This document shows positions 10,836 to 26,500 of a stretch of DNA of 64,000 nucleotides, piece by piece; positions within the stretch are counted from its first letter, which is position 1, and the number at the start of each line of letters is the position of its first letter. The DNA is from Octopus vulgaris. Lineage: Eukaryota. Location of the stretch: assembly GCA_951406725.2 (NCBI GenBank), contig OX597839.1, positions 14,322,001 through 14,386,000 of the forward strand, in the 5' to 3' direction. The position numbers and the translations under genes are program-made. Under the pieces are notes generated by a model, which did no database searches, was not told the DNA's origin, and saw only the letters and a program-made list of their open reading frames with translations.

Positions 10836-10877
10836 GCTGCATTGAAAAGGGGCAATACCCCGAAACGCGTCTGCAGC
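10836..10877 (+). ncRNA. Minimal type-I hammerhead ribozyme motif, U3-A8 variant
   Basis: GCTGCA-TTGAAAA-GGGG(CAATA)CCCC-GAAA-CGCG-TC-TGCAGC; predicted GUC cleavage after 10871. Confidence 0.8.
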
Positions 10878-11197
10878 TGCCGGTCAAGTAGTGTGGAGCG
10901 ACTGACCTCCCTTGTTCGAAGGTTATATGGATACAGTTTGTGTATCAAATAGCTAACTTAAGGCGATGGCCTCATGGAGCTAATAAGCGGACAGCTTTAT
11001 TCTTATTTTTATAAGAATGCCATATTAGTATGGCGATAACTATTATTTTCCGAGAACGCTGCCGTTGTTCTCTTTTAGAGAGACTTACTAATTTTAATAT
11101 TTCTATTATTGAAAACAAGTGGATGTATTCCACCGAAGCTAGGTAAATAAAACCTTCGAACAGAGATTGTCAGAAGCGACACCTACTGTCTGGCTAC

Positions 11198-11239
11198 GCT
11201 GCATTGAAAAGGGGCAATACCCCGAAACGCGTCTGCAGC
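11198..11239 (+). ncRNA. Second, identical hammerhead motif
   Basis: Exact copy of 10836-10877, 362 bp downstream. Confidence 0.8.
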
Positions 11240-11407
11240 TGCCGGTCAAGTAGTGTGGAGCGACTGACCTCACTTGTTCGAAGGTTATATGGATAGAGTT
11301 TGTGTATCAAATAGCTAACTTAAGGCGATGGCCTCATGGAGCTAATAAGCGGACAGCTTTATTCTTATTTTTATAAGAATGCCATATTAGTATGGCGATA
11401 ACTATTG

Positions 11408-11507
11408 NNNNNNNNNNNNNNNNNNNNNNNNNNNNNNNNNNNNNNNNNNNNNNNNNNNNNNNNNNNNNNNNNNNNNNNNNNNNNNNNNNNNNNNNNNNNN
11501 NNNNNNN
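11408..11507. other. Assembly gap (100 N)
   Basis: Run of N. Confidence 1.
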
Positions 11508-14500
11508 CAAATTTGAATTAGCAATTTTGTCCAGATTTTCTGGATGCAATATTTTGACATATTTTGTTTTCTGATAACTTTTGTGATTTGATACTAAATG
11601 ATAGTGAGAATATATTTATCAGAGATCTCTGAAATGTAAACAGTTTTCATAATACAAAATGTGTTAAAATATTGCCAATAAGTACTAAAAAAAAAAAATT
11701 TGAATTAGCAATTCTCTTCACATTTTTATGGGTATTTGCAATATTTTGACTCATTTTGTATTTTATAAACTGTGACGAGTGATCTCGGGTAAATATAAGT
11801 TACCTGATTAATAATAAGTTTATATTTATCAAAAATATATCTAAAATGTCAAAACTTATCAAAATACAAAATATTTCAAAGTATTGCATATAAGTACTAA
11901 TTAAAAATGCTTCAAAATATTGTAAATAAGTGCTAAAAACCAAAAAATTTGAATTTGCGATTTTGTTTCTATTTTATGCTTATTTGCAATATTTTGTACA
12001 CATTTTGTTTTCTGAAAACTTTTGTGACTTGGGTGATCTCTTGATAAGTTACGTGTGAAATGTCAAAACTTTTAAGAATACAAAATATGTTACCTGATTG
12101 ATAGTGAGACAACTTTATCAAAGAGATCACTAAAGTGTCAAATGTTTTGAGGATACAGAATGTGTCAAAAAAGTACTAAGGAAAAAAACAAATTTGAATT
12201 AATAATGTTCACTTTGTATGATTATTTGCAATATTCTGAGACATTTTGTTTTTCTGAAAACTTTTCTGACTTGAGTTATCTGTTAGGTAAATATAAATTA
12301 ACTGATTATACTTATCAAAGAGATCACTATTAGGTCAAAAGTTTTATGGATACAAAATGTCAAAGTATTGCAAATAAGTACTAGAAGAAAACTGTATTAG
12401 CAATTTTGTTGACTTTCTTATGCTTATATGCAATATTCTAACACATTTTGTTTTCTGAAGACGTTTATGACTTCTGATCTCTTTGCTAAATATAAGATTA
12501 TATTTATTAAGTTTATAGTTATCAAAGAAATTTTTCTGGATACTAATATTTTGACATATGTTTTCCGATAACTTTTGTGATTTGATACTAAATGATAGTG
12601 AGAATATATTTATCAAAGAGATCACTGAAATGTAAAAAGTTTTCATGATACAAAATGTGTTAAAATATTGCCAATAAGTACTAAAGAAAAAAATTTGAAT
12701 TAGCAATTCTCTTCACATTTTTATGGGTATTTGCAATATTTTGACTCATTTTGTATTTTAAAAACTGTGACGAGTGATATCGGGTACATATAAGTTTCCT
12801 GATTAATAATAAGTTTATATTTATCAAAAATATATCTAAAATGTCAAAACTTATCAAAATACAAAATATTTCAAAGTATTGCATATAAGTACTAATTAAA
12901 AATGCTTCAAATTATTGTAAATAAGTGTTAAAAACCAACAAATTTGAATTTGCGATTTAGTTTCTATTTTATGCTTATTTGCAATATTTTGACACATTTT
13001 GTTTTCTGAAAACTTTTGTCAAGAGATATCTGTTACGTAAATATAAGTTAACTGATTGGATACCAAATGTGTCAAAGTATTGCAAATAAGTACTAGAAGA
13101 AAACTGTATTAGCAATTTTGTCCTCTTTCTCATGCTTATATGCAATATTCTAACACATTTTGTTTTCTAAAAACTTTTATGACAAGTGATTTCTTTGCTA
13201 AATATAAAAAATATTGTAAATAACTTTTGTCAAGAGATATCTGTTACGTAAATATAAAGTTAACTGATTGGATACCAAATGTGTCAAAGTATTGCAAATA
13301 AGTACTAGAAGAAAACTGTATTAGCAATTTTGTCCTCTTTCTCATGCCTTATACCCAATATTCTAACACATTTTGTTTTCTAAAAACTTTTTATGACAAG
13401 TTATTTCTTTGCTAAATATGAAGTAACTAATTGATAATAAGATTTTAGTTATTTATAAGTTTATAGTTATTATAGAATGTTTTCTGGATACAAAATATGT
13501 CAAAATATTGCAAATATGTACTAAAAAACAAATTTGAATTAGCAATTTTGTCCACATTTTTATGCAATATTTTGACATATTTTGTTTTCTGATAACTTTT
13601 GTGATTTGATACTAAATGATAGTGAGAATATATTTATCACAGATCTCTGAAATGTAAAAAGTTTTCATAATACAAAATGTGTTAAAATATTGCCAATAAG
13701 TACTAAAAAAAAAAAATTTGAATTAGCAATTCTCTTCACATTTTTATGGGTATTTGCAATATTTTGACACATTTTGTATTTTAAATACTGTGATATCTCG
13801 GGTACATATAAGTTACCTGATTAATAATAAGTTTATATTTATCAAAAATATATCTAAAATGTCAAAACTTATCAAAATACAAAATATTTCAAAGTATTGC
13901 ATATAAGTACTAATTAAAAATGCTTCAAATTATTGTAAATAAGTGCTAAAAACCAACAAATTTGAATTTGCGATTTTGTTTCTATTTTATGCTTATTTGC
14001 AATATTTTGACACATTTTGTTTTCTGAAAACTTTTGTCAAGAGATATCTGTTACGTAAATATAAGTTAACTGATTGGATACAAAATGTGTCAAAGTATTG
14101 CAAATAAGTACTAGAAGAAAACTGTATTAGCAATTTTGTCCACTTTCTCATGCTTATATGCAATATTCTAACACATTTTGTTTTCTAAAAACTTTTATGA
14201 CAAGTGATTTCTTTGCTAAATATGAAGTAACTAATTGATAATAAGATTTTAGTTATTTATAAGTTTATAGTTATTATAGAAAGTTTTCTGGATACAAAAT
14301 ATGTCAAAATATTGCAAATAAGTACTAAAAAACAAATTTGAATTAGCAATTTTGTCCACATTTTTATGCAATATTTTGACATATTTTGTTTTCTGATAAC
14401 TTTTGTGATTTGATACTAAATGATAGTGAGAATATATTTATCAGAGATCTCTGAAATGTAAAAAGTTTTCATAATACAAAATATGTTAAAATATTGCCAA

Positions 14501-17500
14501 TAAGTACTAAAAAAAAAAAAATTGAATTAGCAATTCTCTTCACATTTTTATGGGTATTTGCAATATTTTGACTCATTTTGTATTTTATAAACTGTGACGA
14601 GTGATCTCGGGTAAATATAAGTTACCTGATTAATAATAAGTTTATATTTATCAAAAATATATCTAAAATGTCAAAACTTATCAAAATACAAAATATTTCA
14701 AAGTATTGCATATAAGTACTAATTAAAAATGCTTCAAAATATTGTAAATAAGTGCTAAAAACCAACAAATTTGAATTTGCGATTTTGATTCTATTTTATG
14801 CTTATTTGCAATATTTTGACACATTTTGTTTTCTGAAAACTTTTGTGACTTGGGTGATCTCTTGATTAATATAAGTTACGTGTAAAATGTCAAAACTTTT
14901 AAGAATACAAAATATGTTACCTGATTGATAGTGAGACAACTTTATCAAAGAGATCACTAAAGTGTCAAATGTTTTGAGGATACAGAATGTGTCAAAAAAG
15001 TACTAAGGAAAAACAAATTTGAATTAGCAATGTTCACTTTTGTATTATTCTTTGCAATATTCTGAGACATTTTGTTTTCTGAAAACTTTTGTGACTTGAG
15101 TTATCTGTTAGGTAAATATAAATTAACTGATTATATTTACCAACGAGATCACTAATATGTCAAAAGTTTTAGGGATACAAAATGTGTCAAAGTATTGCAA
15201 ATAGAGAACAAGAAATTGAATTAGCAGTTTTGTTCCCTTTGTTATGATTATATGCAATATTTTAACACATTTTCTTTTTTGAAATCTTTTGCGACGAGTG
15301 ATCTTGGTATATATAAGGTAACTGATTGATAATAAGAGTGCATATAAGTACTAATAAAAAATGCTTCAAAATATTGTAAATAAGTGCTAAAAACCAACAA
15401 ATTTGAATTTGCGATTTTGTTTCTATTTTATGCTTTTTTGCAATATTTTGACACATTTTGTTTTCTGAAAACTTTTGTCAAGAGATATCTGTTAGGTAAA
15501 TATAAGTTAACTGATTAATAATAAGATTATACTTATCAAAGAGATCACTATCAGGTCAAAAGTTTTATGGATACAAAATGTGTCAAAGTATTGCAAATAA
15601 GTACTAGAAGAAAACTGTATTAGCAATTTTGTTGACTTTCTTATGCTTATATGCAATATTCTAACACATTTTGTTTTCTGAAGACGTTTATGACTTCTGA
15701 TTTCTTTGCTAAATATAAGATTATATTTATTAAGTTTATAGTTATCAAAGAAATTTTTCTGGATACTAATATTTTGACATATGTTTTCCGATAACTTTTG
15801 TGATTTGATACTAAATGATAGTGAGAATATATTTATCAAAGAGATCACTGAAATGTAAAAAGTTTTCATGATACAAAATGTGTTAAAATATTGCCAATAA
15901 GTACTAAAGAAAAAAAATTTGAATTAGCAATTCTCTTCACATTTTTATGAATATTTGCAATATTTTGACTCATTTTGTATTTTAAAAACTGTGACGAGTG
16001 ATCTCGGGTAAATATAAGTTACCTGATTAATAATAAGTTTATATTTATCAAAAATATATCTAAAATGTCAAAACTTATCAAAATACAAAATATTTCAAAG
16101 TATTGCATATAAGTACTAATTAAAAATGCTTCAAAATATTGTAAATAAGTGCTAAAAACCAACAAATTTGAATTTGCGATTTTGTTTCTATTTTATGCTT
16201 ATTTGCAATATTTTGACACATTTTGTTTTCTGAAAACTTTTGTCAAGAGATATCTGTTACGTAAATATAAGTTAACTGATTGGATACCAAATGTGTCAAA
16301 GTATTGCAAATAAGTACTAGAAGAAAACTGTATTAGCAATTTTGTCCTCTTTCTCATGCTTATATGCAATATTCTAACACATTTTGTTTTCTAAAAACTT
16401 TAATGACAAGTTATTTCTTTGCTAAATATAAAGTAACTAATTGATAATAAGATTTTAGTTATTTATAAGTTTATAGTTATTATAGAAAGTTTTCTGGATA
16501 CAAAATATGTCAAAATATTGCAAATAAGTACTAAAAAACAAATTTGAATTAGCAATTTTGTCCACATTTTTATGCAATATTTTGACATATTTTGTTTTCT
16601 GATAACTTTTGTGATTTGATACTAAATGATAGTGAGAATATATTTATCAGAGATCTCTGAAATGTAAAAAGTTTTCATAATACAAAATGTGTTAAAATAT
16701 TGCCAATAAGTACTAAAAAAAAAAATTTGAATTAGCAATTCTCTTCACATTTTTATGGGTATTTGCAATATTTTGACTCATTTTGTATTTTAAAAAACTG
16801 TGACGAGTGATATCGGGTACATATAAGTTACCTGATTAATAATAAGTTTATATTTATCAAAAATATATCTAAAATGTCAAAACTTATCAAAATACAAAAT
16901 ATTTCAAAGTATTGCATATAAGTACTAATTAAAAATGCTTCAAAATATTGTAAATAAGTGCTAAAAACCAACAAATTTGAATTTGCGATTTGTTTCTATT
17001 TTATGCTTATTTGCAATATTTTGACACATTTTGTTTTCTGAAAACTTTTGTCAAGAGATATCTGTTACGTAAATATAAGTTAACTGATTGGATACCAAAT
17101 GTGTCAAAGTATTGCAAATAAGTACTAGAAGAAAACTGTATTAGCAATTTTGTCCACTTTCTCATGCTTATATGCAATATTCTAACACATTTTGTTTTCT
17201 AAAAACTTTTATGACAAGTTATTTCTTTGCTAAATATGAAGTAACTAATTGATAATAAGATTTTAGTTATTTATAAGTTTATAGTTATTATAGAAAGTTT
17301 TCTGGATACAAAATATGTCAAAATATTGCAAATAAGTACTAAAAAACAAATTTGAATTAGCAATTTTGTCCACATTTTTATGCAATATTTTGACATATTT
17401 TGTTTTCTGATAACTTTTGTGATTTGATACTAAATGATAGTGAGAATATATTTATCAGAGATCTCTGAAATGTAAAAAGTTTTCATAATACAAAATATGT

Positions 17501-20500
17501 TAAAATATTGCCAATAAGTACTAAAAAAAAAAAATTTGAATTAGCAATTCTCTTCACATTTTTATGGGTATTTGCAATATTTTGACTCATTTTGTATTTT
17601 ATAAACTGTGACGAGTGATCTCGGGTAAATATAAGTTACCTGATTAATAATAAGTTTATATTTATCAAAAATATATCTAAAATGTCAAAACTTATCAAAA
17701 TACAAAATATTTCAAAGTATTGCATATAAGTACTAATTAAAAATGCTTCAAAATATTGTAAATAAGTGCTAAAAACCAACAAATTTGAATTTGCGATTTT
17801 GTTTCTATTTTATGCTTATTTGCAATATTTTGACACATTTTGTTTTCTGAAAACTTTTGTGACTTGGGTGATCTCTTGATAAGTTACGTGTGAAATGTCA
17901 AAACTTTTAAGAATACAAAATATGTTACCTGATTGATAGTGAGACAACTTTATCAAAGAGATCACTAAAGTGTCAAATGTTTTGAGGATACAGAATGTGT
18001 CAAAAAAGTACTAAGGAAAAACAAATTTGAATTAGCAATGTTCACTTTTGTATTATTCTTATGCAATATTTTGAGACATTTTGTTTTCTGAAAACTTTTG
18101 TGACTTGAGTTATCTGTTAGGTAAATATAAATTAACTGATTACACTTATCAAAGAGATCACTAATATGTCAAAAGTTTTAGGGATACAAAATGTGTCAAA
18201 GTATTGCAAATAGAGAACAAGAAATTGAATTAGCAGTTTTGTTCCCTTTGTTATGATTATATGCAATATTTTAACACATTTTGTTTTTGAAAACTTTTGC
18301 GACGAGTGATCTTGTTGGTAAATATAAGGTAACTGATTGATAATAAGAGTGCATATAAGTACTAATAAAAAAATGCTTCAAAATATTGTAAATAAGTGCT
18401 AAAAACCAACAAATTTAAAGTTGCAATTTTGTTTCTATTTTATGCTTATTTGCAATATTTTGAGACATTTTGTTTTATGAAATCTTTTGTCAAGAGATAT
18501 CTGTTAGGTAAATATAAGTTAACTGATCGATAATAAGATTATACTTATCAAAGAGATCACTATCAGGTCAAAAGTTTTATGGATACAAAATGTGTCAAAG
18601 TATTGCAAATAAGTACTAGAAGAAAACTGTATTAGCAATTTTGTTGACTTTCTTATGCTTATATGCAATATTCTAACACATTTTGTTTTCTGAAGACGTT
18701 TATGACTTCTGATTTCTTTGCTAAATATAAGATTATATTTATTAAGTTTATAGTTATCAAAGAAATTTTTCTGGATACTAATATTTTGACATATGTTTTC
18801 CGATAACTTTTGTGATTTGATACTAAATGATAGTGAGAATATATTTATCAAAGAGATCACTGAAATGTAAAAAGTTTTCATAATACAAAATGTGTCAAAA
18901 TATTGCAAAAGTACTAAAAAAAAAAAATTTGAATTAGCAATTCTCTTCACATTTTTATGGGTATTTGCAATATTTTGACTCATTTTGTATTTTAAAAACT
19001 GTGACGAGTGATCTCGGGTACATATAAGTTTCCTGATTAATAATAAGTTTATATTTATCAAAAATATATCTAAAATGTCAAAACTTATCAAAATACAAAA
19101 TATTTCAAAGTATTGCATATAAGTATAATTAAAAATGCTTCAAAATATTGTAAATAAGTGCTAAAAACCAACAAATTTGAATTTGCGATTTTGTTTCTAT
19201 TTTATGCTTTTTTGCAATATTTTGACACATTTTGTTTTCTGAAAACTTTTGTCAAGAGATATCTGTTACGTAAATATAAGTTAACTGATTGGATACCAAA
19301 TGTGTCAAAGTATTGCAAATAAAGTACTAGAAGAAAACTGTATTAGCAATTTTGTCCACTTTCTTATGCTTATATGCAATATTCTAACACATTTTGTTTT
19401 CTAAAAACTTTTATGACAAGTGATTTCTTTGCTAAATATAAAGTAACTAATTGATAATAAGATTTTAGTCTTTAGATAATAAGATTTTAGTCATTTTGTT
19501 TTCTGAAAACTTTTGTGACCTGGGTGATCTCTTGATAAGTTACGTGTAAAATGTCAAAACTTTTAAGAATACAAAATATGTTACCTGATTGATAGTGAGA
19601 CAACTTTATCAAAGAGATCACTAAAGTGTCAAATGTTTTTAGGATACAAAATGTGTCAAAATATTGCAAAAAAGTACTAAGGAAAAACAAATTTGAATTA
19701 GCAATGTTCACTTTTGTATTATTCTTTGCAATATTCTGAGACATTTTGTTTTCTGAAAACTTTTGTGACTTGAGTTATCTGTTAGGTAAATATAAATTAA
19801 CTGATTACACTTATCAAAGAGATCACTAATATGTCAAAAGTTTTAGGGATACAAAATGTGTCAAAGTATTGCAAATAGAGAACAAGAAATTGAATTAGCA
19901 GTTTTGTTCCCTTTGTAATGATTATATGCAATATTTTAACACATTTTGTTTTTTGAAAACTTTTGCGACGAGTGATCTTGTTGGTAAATATAAGGTAACT
20001 GATTGATAATAAGAGTGCATATAAGTACTAATAAAAATGCTTCAAAATATTGTAAATAAGTGCTAAAAACCAACAAATTTAAAGTTGCAATTTTGTTTCT
20101 ATTTTATGCTTATTTGCAATATTTTGAGACATTTTGTTTTATGAAAACTTTTGTCAAGAGATATCTGTTAGGTAAATATAAGTTAACTGATTAATAATAA
20201 GATTATACTTATCAAAGAGATCACTATCAGGTCAAAAGTTTTATGGATACAAAATGTGTCAAAGTATTGCAAATAAGTACTAGAAGAAAACTGTATTTGC
20301 AATTTTGTTGACTTTCTTATGCTTATATGCAATATTTTAACACATTTTGTTTTCTGAAAACTTTTGTGACTTCTGATTTCTTTGCTAAATATAAGATGAT
20401 AATATTTATTGATAAGTTTATAGTTATTAAAGAAAGTTTTCTGGATACTAAATATGTCAAAATATTGTAAATAAGTACTAAAAACAAATTTGAATTAGCA

Positions 20501-23500
20501 ATCTTGTTCACATTTTTATGCAATATTTTGACATATTTTGTTTTCTGATAACTTTTGTGATTTGATACTAAATGATAGTGAGAATATATTTATCAAAGAG
20601 ATCACTGAAATGTAAAAAGTTTTCATAATACAAAATGTGTTAAAATATTGCCAATAAGTACTAAAAAAAAAAAATTTGAATTAGCAATTCTCTTCACATT
20701 TTTATGAATATTTGCAATATTTTGACTCATTTTGTATTTTAAAAACTGTGACGAGTGATCTCGGGTAAATATAAGTTACCTGATTAATAATAAGTTTATA
20801 TTTATCAAAAATATATCTAAAATGTCAAAACGTATCAAAATACAAAATATTTCAAATTATTGCATATAAGTACTAATTAAAAATGCTTCAAAATATTGTA
20901 AATAAGTGCTAAAAACCAACAAATTTGAATTTGCGATTTTGTTTCTATTTTATGCTTATTTTCAATATTTTGACACATTTTGTTTTCTGAAAACTTTTGT
21001 GACTTGGGTGATCTCTTGATTAATATAAGTTACGTGTAAAATGTCAAAACTTTTAAGAATACAAAATATGTTACCTGATTGATAGTGAGACAACTTTATC
21101 AAAGAGATCACTAAAGTGTCAGATGTTTTTAGGATACAGAATGTGTCAAAATATTGCAAAAAAGTACTAAGGAAAAACAAATTTGAATTAGCAATGTTCA
21201 CTTTTGTATTATTCTTTGCAATATTCTGAGACATTTTGTTTTCTGAAAACTTTTGTGACTTGAGTTATCTTTTGTGACTTGTAAATATAAATTAACTGAT
21301 TACACTTATCAAAGAGATCACTAATATGTCAAAAGTTTTAGGGATACAAAATGTGTCAAAGTATTGCAAATAGAGAACAAGAAATTGAATTAGCAGTTTT
21401 GTTCCCTTTGTAATGATTATATGCAATATTTTAACACATTTTGTTTTTTGAAAACTTTTGCGACGAGTGATCTTGTTGGTAAATATAAGGTAACTGATTG
21501 ATAATAAGAGTGCATATAAGTACTAATAAAAAATGCTTCAAAATATTGTAAATAAGTGCTAAAAACCAACAAATTTAAAGTTGCAATTTTGTTTCTATTT
21601 TATGCTTATTTGCAATATTTTGAGACATTTTGTTTTATGAAATCTTTTGTCAAGAAATATCTGTTAGGTAAATATAAGTTAACTGATTGATAATAAGATT
21701 ATACTTATCAAAGAGATCACTATCAGGTCAAAAGTTTTATGGATACAAAATGTGTCAAAGTATTGCAAATAAGTCCTAGAAGAAAACTGTATTAGCAATT
21801 TTGTTGACTTTCTTATGCTTATATGCAATATATCTTACAAACAACTTGCACATGCAAGTGCTACCAGTTAAAAGCTCCGTATATCGGAAGCTAGCAAGTG
21901 TATGGGGTCATCAGGAGAGAATGCGCGCCGTTTCGGGGCCTACCTCTCAACACATTTTGTTTTCTGAAGACGTTTATGACTTCTGATCTCTTTGCTAAAT
22001 ATAAGATTATATTTATTGATAAGTTTATAGTTATCAAAGAAATTTTTCTGGATACTAAATATGTCAAAATGTTGCAAATGAGTACTAAAACACAAATTTG
22101 AATTAGCAATCTTGTTCACATTTTTATGCAATATTTTGACATATTTTGTTTTCCGATAACTTTTGTGATTTGATACTAAATGATAGTGAGAATATATTTA
22201 TCAAAGAGATCACTGAAATGTAAAAAGTTTTCATAATACAAAATGTGTTAAAATATTGCCAATATGTATTAAAAAAAAAAAATTTGAATTAGCAATTCTC
22301 TTCACATTTTTATGGGTATTTGCAATATTTTGACTCATTTTGTATTTTAAAAACTGTGACGAGTGAACTCGGGTAAATATGTTACCTGATTAATAATAAG
22401 TTTATATTTAAGATTATACTTATCAAAGAGATCACTATCAGGTCAAAAGTTTTATGGATACAAAATGTGTCAAAGTATTGCAAATAAGTACTAGAAGAAA
22501 ACTGTATTAGCAATTTTGTTGACTTTCTTATGCTTATATGCAATATTCTAACAAATTTTTTTTTCTGAAGACGTTTATGACTTCTGATCTCTTTGCTAAA
22601 TATAAAATTATATTTATTGATAAGTTTATAGTTATCAAAGAAATTTTTCTGGATACTAAATATGTCAAAATGTTGCAAATGAGTACTAAAACACAAATTT
22701 GAATTAGCAATCTTGTTCACGTTTTTATGCAATATTTTGACATATTTTGTTTTGTGATAACGTTTGTGTCTTGAGTTATCACTTGGGTTACCTGAGTGAT
22801 AGTTATATATATTTATCAAATATATTTATCAAAGTTATCATTGAAATGTAAAAAGTTTTCTGAATACAAAATGTGTTAAAATATTGCCAATAAGTACTAA
22901 AAATAAATTTGAATTAGCAATTCTCTTCACATTTATATGGTTATTTGCAATATTTTGTATTTTAAAAACTGTGACGAGTGAACTCGGGTAAATATGTTAC
23001 CTGATTAATAATAAGTTTATATTTATCAAAAATATATCTAAAATGTCAAACTTAGCAAAATACAAAATGTTTTAAAGTAATGCATATAAGTACTAATTAA
23101 AAATGCTTCAAAATATTGTATATAAGTGCTAAAAACCAACAAATTTACTTTGACACATTTTGTTTTCTGAAAACGTTTGTTACCTGTAATATGTCAAAAC
23201 TTTTAAGAATACAAATTTGAATTAGTAATGTTCACTTTTATATGCTTCTGTGCAATATTTTGACACAGTTTGTTTTCTGAAAACTTTTGTGAAGTCACAA
23301 AAGTGATGTCTTGATTAATATGTTACCTGTAAAATGTCAAAACTTTTAAGAATACAAAATATGTTACCTGTAAAATGTCAAAACTTTTAAGAATACAAAA
23401 TATATTACCTGATTGACCGTGAGATAACTTTATCAATAAGATCAAAAATTGTCAAAAGTTTTAAGGATACAGAATGTGTCAAAATATTGCAAAAAATTAA

Positions 23501-26500
23501 GTACTAAGGAAAAACAAATTTGAATTAGCAATGTTCACTTTTGTATGCTTCCTTGCAATATTTTGACACAGTTATTTTTCTGAAAACTTTTGTGACTTGA
23601 GTTAACTTTTAGGTAATTATAAGTTAACTGATTGATAATAAGACTATACTTATCAAAGAGATCACTAATATGTGAAAAGTTTTATGGATACAAAATGTGT
23701 CGTAATATTGCAACTAACTACTAGAGAAGAAGAAACTGAATTAGCAGTTTTGTTCCCTTTCTTATGATTATATGCAATATTTTAACTCATTTTGTTTTCT
23801 GAAAACTTTTGTGAGGAGTGATCTCGTTTGTAAATATAAGTTAAATGATTGATAATAAGATTATACTTATCAAAGGTCAAAAGTTTTATGGATACAAAAT
23901 ATTGTCAAAATAAGTACTAGAAGAAAACGGTATTAGCAATTTTGTTCACTTTCTTATGCTTATATGCAATATTCTAACACATTTTGTTTTCTGAAAACTT
24001 TTGTGATGAGGGATCTCTTTGCTAAATATAAGTTAACTCATTGATAATAAGATTATATTTACTGATAAGATTATAGTTATCAAAGAAAGTTTTCTGGATA
24101 CAAAATATGTCAAAATATTGCAAATAAGTACTAAAAAACAAATTTGAATTAGCAATTTTGTTCACATTTTTATGCAATATTTTGACACATTTTGTTTTCT
24201 GATAACTTTTGTGACTTGAGTGATCACTTGGGTTACCTGATTGATAGTAAGAATATTTTTATCAAAGAGATCACTGAAATGTAAAAGAGATCACTGAAAT
24301 GTAAAAAGTTTTCAAAATACAAAATGTTAAAATATTGCCAATAAGTACTAAAAATAACAAATTTGAATTAGCAATTCTCTTCACATTTGTAATGTTATTT
24401 TCAATATTTTGACACATTTTGTATTTTAAAAACTGTGATTAATAATAAGATTATATTTATCAAAAATATAACTAAAATGTCAAAACTTATCAAAATACAA
24501 AATGTTTCAATGTATTGCATATAAGTACTAATAAAAAATGCAATTTGCAATTTTGTTTCTATTTTATATTTATTTGCAATAATTTGACACATTTTTTTTT
24601 CAGAAAACTTTTGTGACTTGGGTGATCTCTTGATTAATATAAGTTACGTGTAAAATGTCAAAACTTTTAAGAATACAAAATATGTTAAATGATAGTTAGT
24701 GAGATAACTTTATCAAAGAGATCATTAAAGTGTCAAAGTTTTTCAGGATACAGAATGTGTCAAAATATTGCAAAAAAGTACTAAGGAAAAACAAATTTGA
24801 ATTAGCAATATTCACTTTTGTATGCTTCTATGCAATATTCTGAGACATTTTGTTTTCTGAAAACTTTTGTGACTTGAGTTATCTGTTAGGTAAATATAAG
24901 TTAACTGATTGATAATAAGACTATACTTATCAAAGAGATCACTAATATGTAAAAAGATTTATGGATACAAAATGTGTCGAAGTATTGCAAATAACTACTA
25001 GAGAAGAAGAAACTGAATTAGCAGTTTCGTTCCCTTTCTTGCAATATTTTAACTCATTTTGTTGTCTGAAAACTTTTGTGAGGAGTGATCTAGTTGGTAA
25101 ATATAAGGTAAAAATAAGATTGATAATAAGATTATATTTATGGATAAGATTATAGTTATTATAGAAGTTTTCTGGATACAAAATGTGTCAAAATATTGCA
25201 AATAAGTAATATATTGACACATTTTGTATTTTAAATACTGTGAAGTCTATTTTATGCTTATTTCCAATATTTTGAGACATTTTGTTTTCTGAAAACTTTT
25301 GTGACTTGAGTTATATGTTAGGTTATAAGTTAACTGTTTAATAATAAGATTATAGTTATCGATAATCTTATAGTTACTATTGAATGTTTTCTGGATACAA
25401 AATATGTCAAAATATTGCAAATAAGTACTAAAAAACAAATTTGAATTAGCAATTTTGTTCACATTTTATGCAATATTTTGACATATTTTGTTTTCTGATA
25501 ACTTTTGTGATTTGAGTGATAACTTGGGTTACCTCAGTGATAGTAAGAATATATTCATCAAAGAGATCACTGAAATGTAAAAAGTTTTTAGAATACAAAA
25601 TGTGTTAAAATATTGCCAATAAGTACTATAAAAAAAAAATTTGAATTATCAATTCTCTTCACATTTTTATGGTCATTTGCAATATTTTGACACATTTTGT
25701 ATTTTAAAAACTGTGACGAGTGATCTCGGGTAAATATAAATTACCTGATTAATAATAAGATTATATTTATCAAAAATATAACTAAAATGTCAAAATACAA
25801 AATGTTTCAAAGTATTGCATATAAGTACTAATAAAAATTGCTTCAAAATATTGAAAATAAGTGCTAAAAACAAACAAATTTGAATTTGCAATTTTGTTTC
25901 TATTTTATGCTTATTTGCAATATTTTGACATATTTTGTTTTCTGAAAACTTTTGTGACTTGGGTGACTTGATTAATATAAGTTACCTGTAAAATGTTAAA
26001 ACGCTTAAGAATACAAAATATGTTACCTGATTGATAGTGAGATAACTTTATCAAAGAGATCACTAAATTGTCAAAAGTTTTCAGGATACAGAATGTGTCA
26101 AAATATTGCAAAAAAGTAAGTACTAAGGAAAAACAAATTTGAATTATCAAAGAGTTAACCAAAATGTCAAAACTTATCAGAATACAAAATGTTTCAAAGT
26201 ATTGCATATAAGTACTAATAAAAAATGCTTCAAAATATTGTAAATAAGTGCTAAAAACCAACAAATTTGAATTTGCAATTTTGTTTCTATTTTATGCTTA
26301 TTTCCAATATTTTGAGACATTTTATTTTCTGAAAACTTTTGTGACTCGAGTGATCTGATTGATAATAAGGTTATATTTATCCAAGAGATCACTAAAGTCT
26401 TCAAAGGTTTTTAGAATACAAATTGTTTCAAAATATTGCCAAACAGTACTAAAAAACAATAAATTTGTATTAGCAATTTCGTTCTCTTTCGTATGCTTAT

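Larger units (their letters stand above)
10819..11407 (+). mobile_element. 362-bp tandem repeat, one hammerhead per unit (retrozyme / Penelope pLTR-like), running into a gap
   Basis: Units start at 10819 and 11181 and are nearly identical. Confidence 0.75.
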
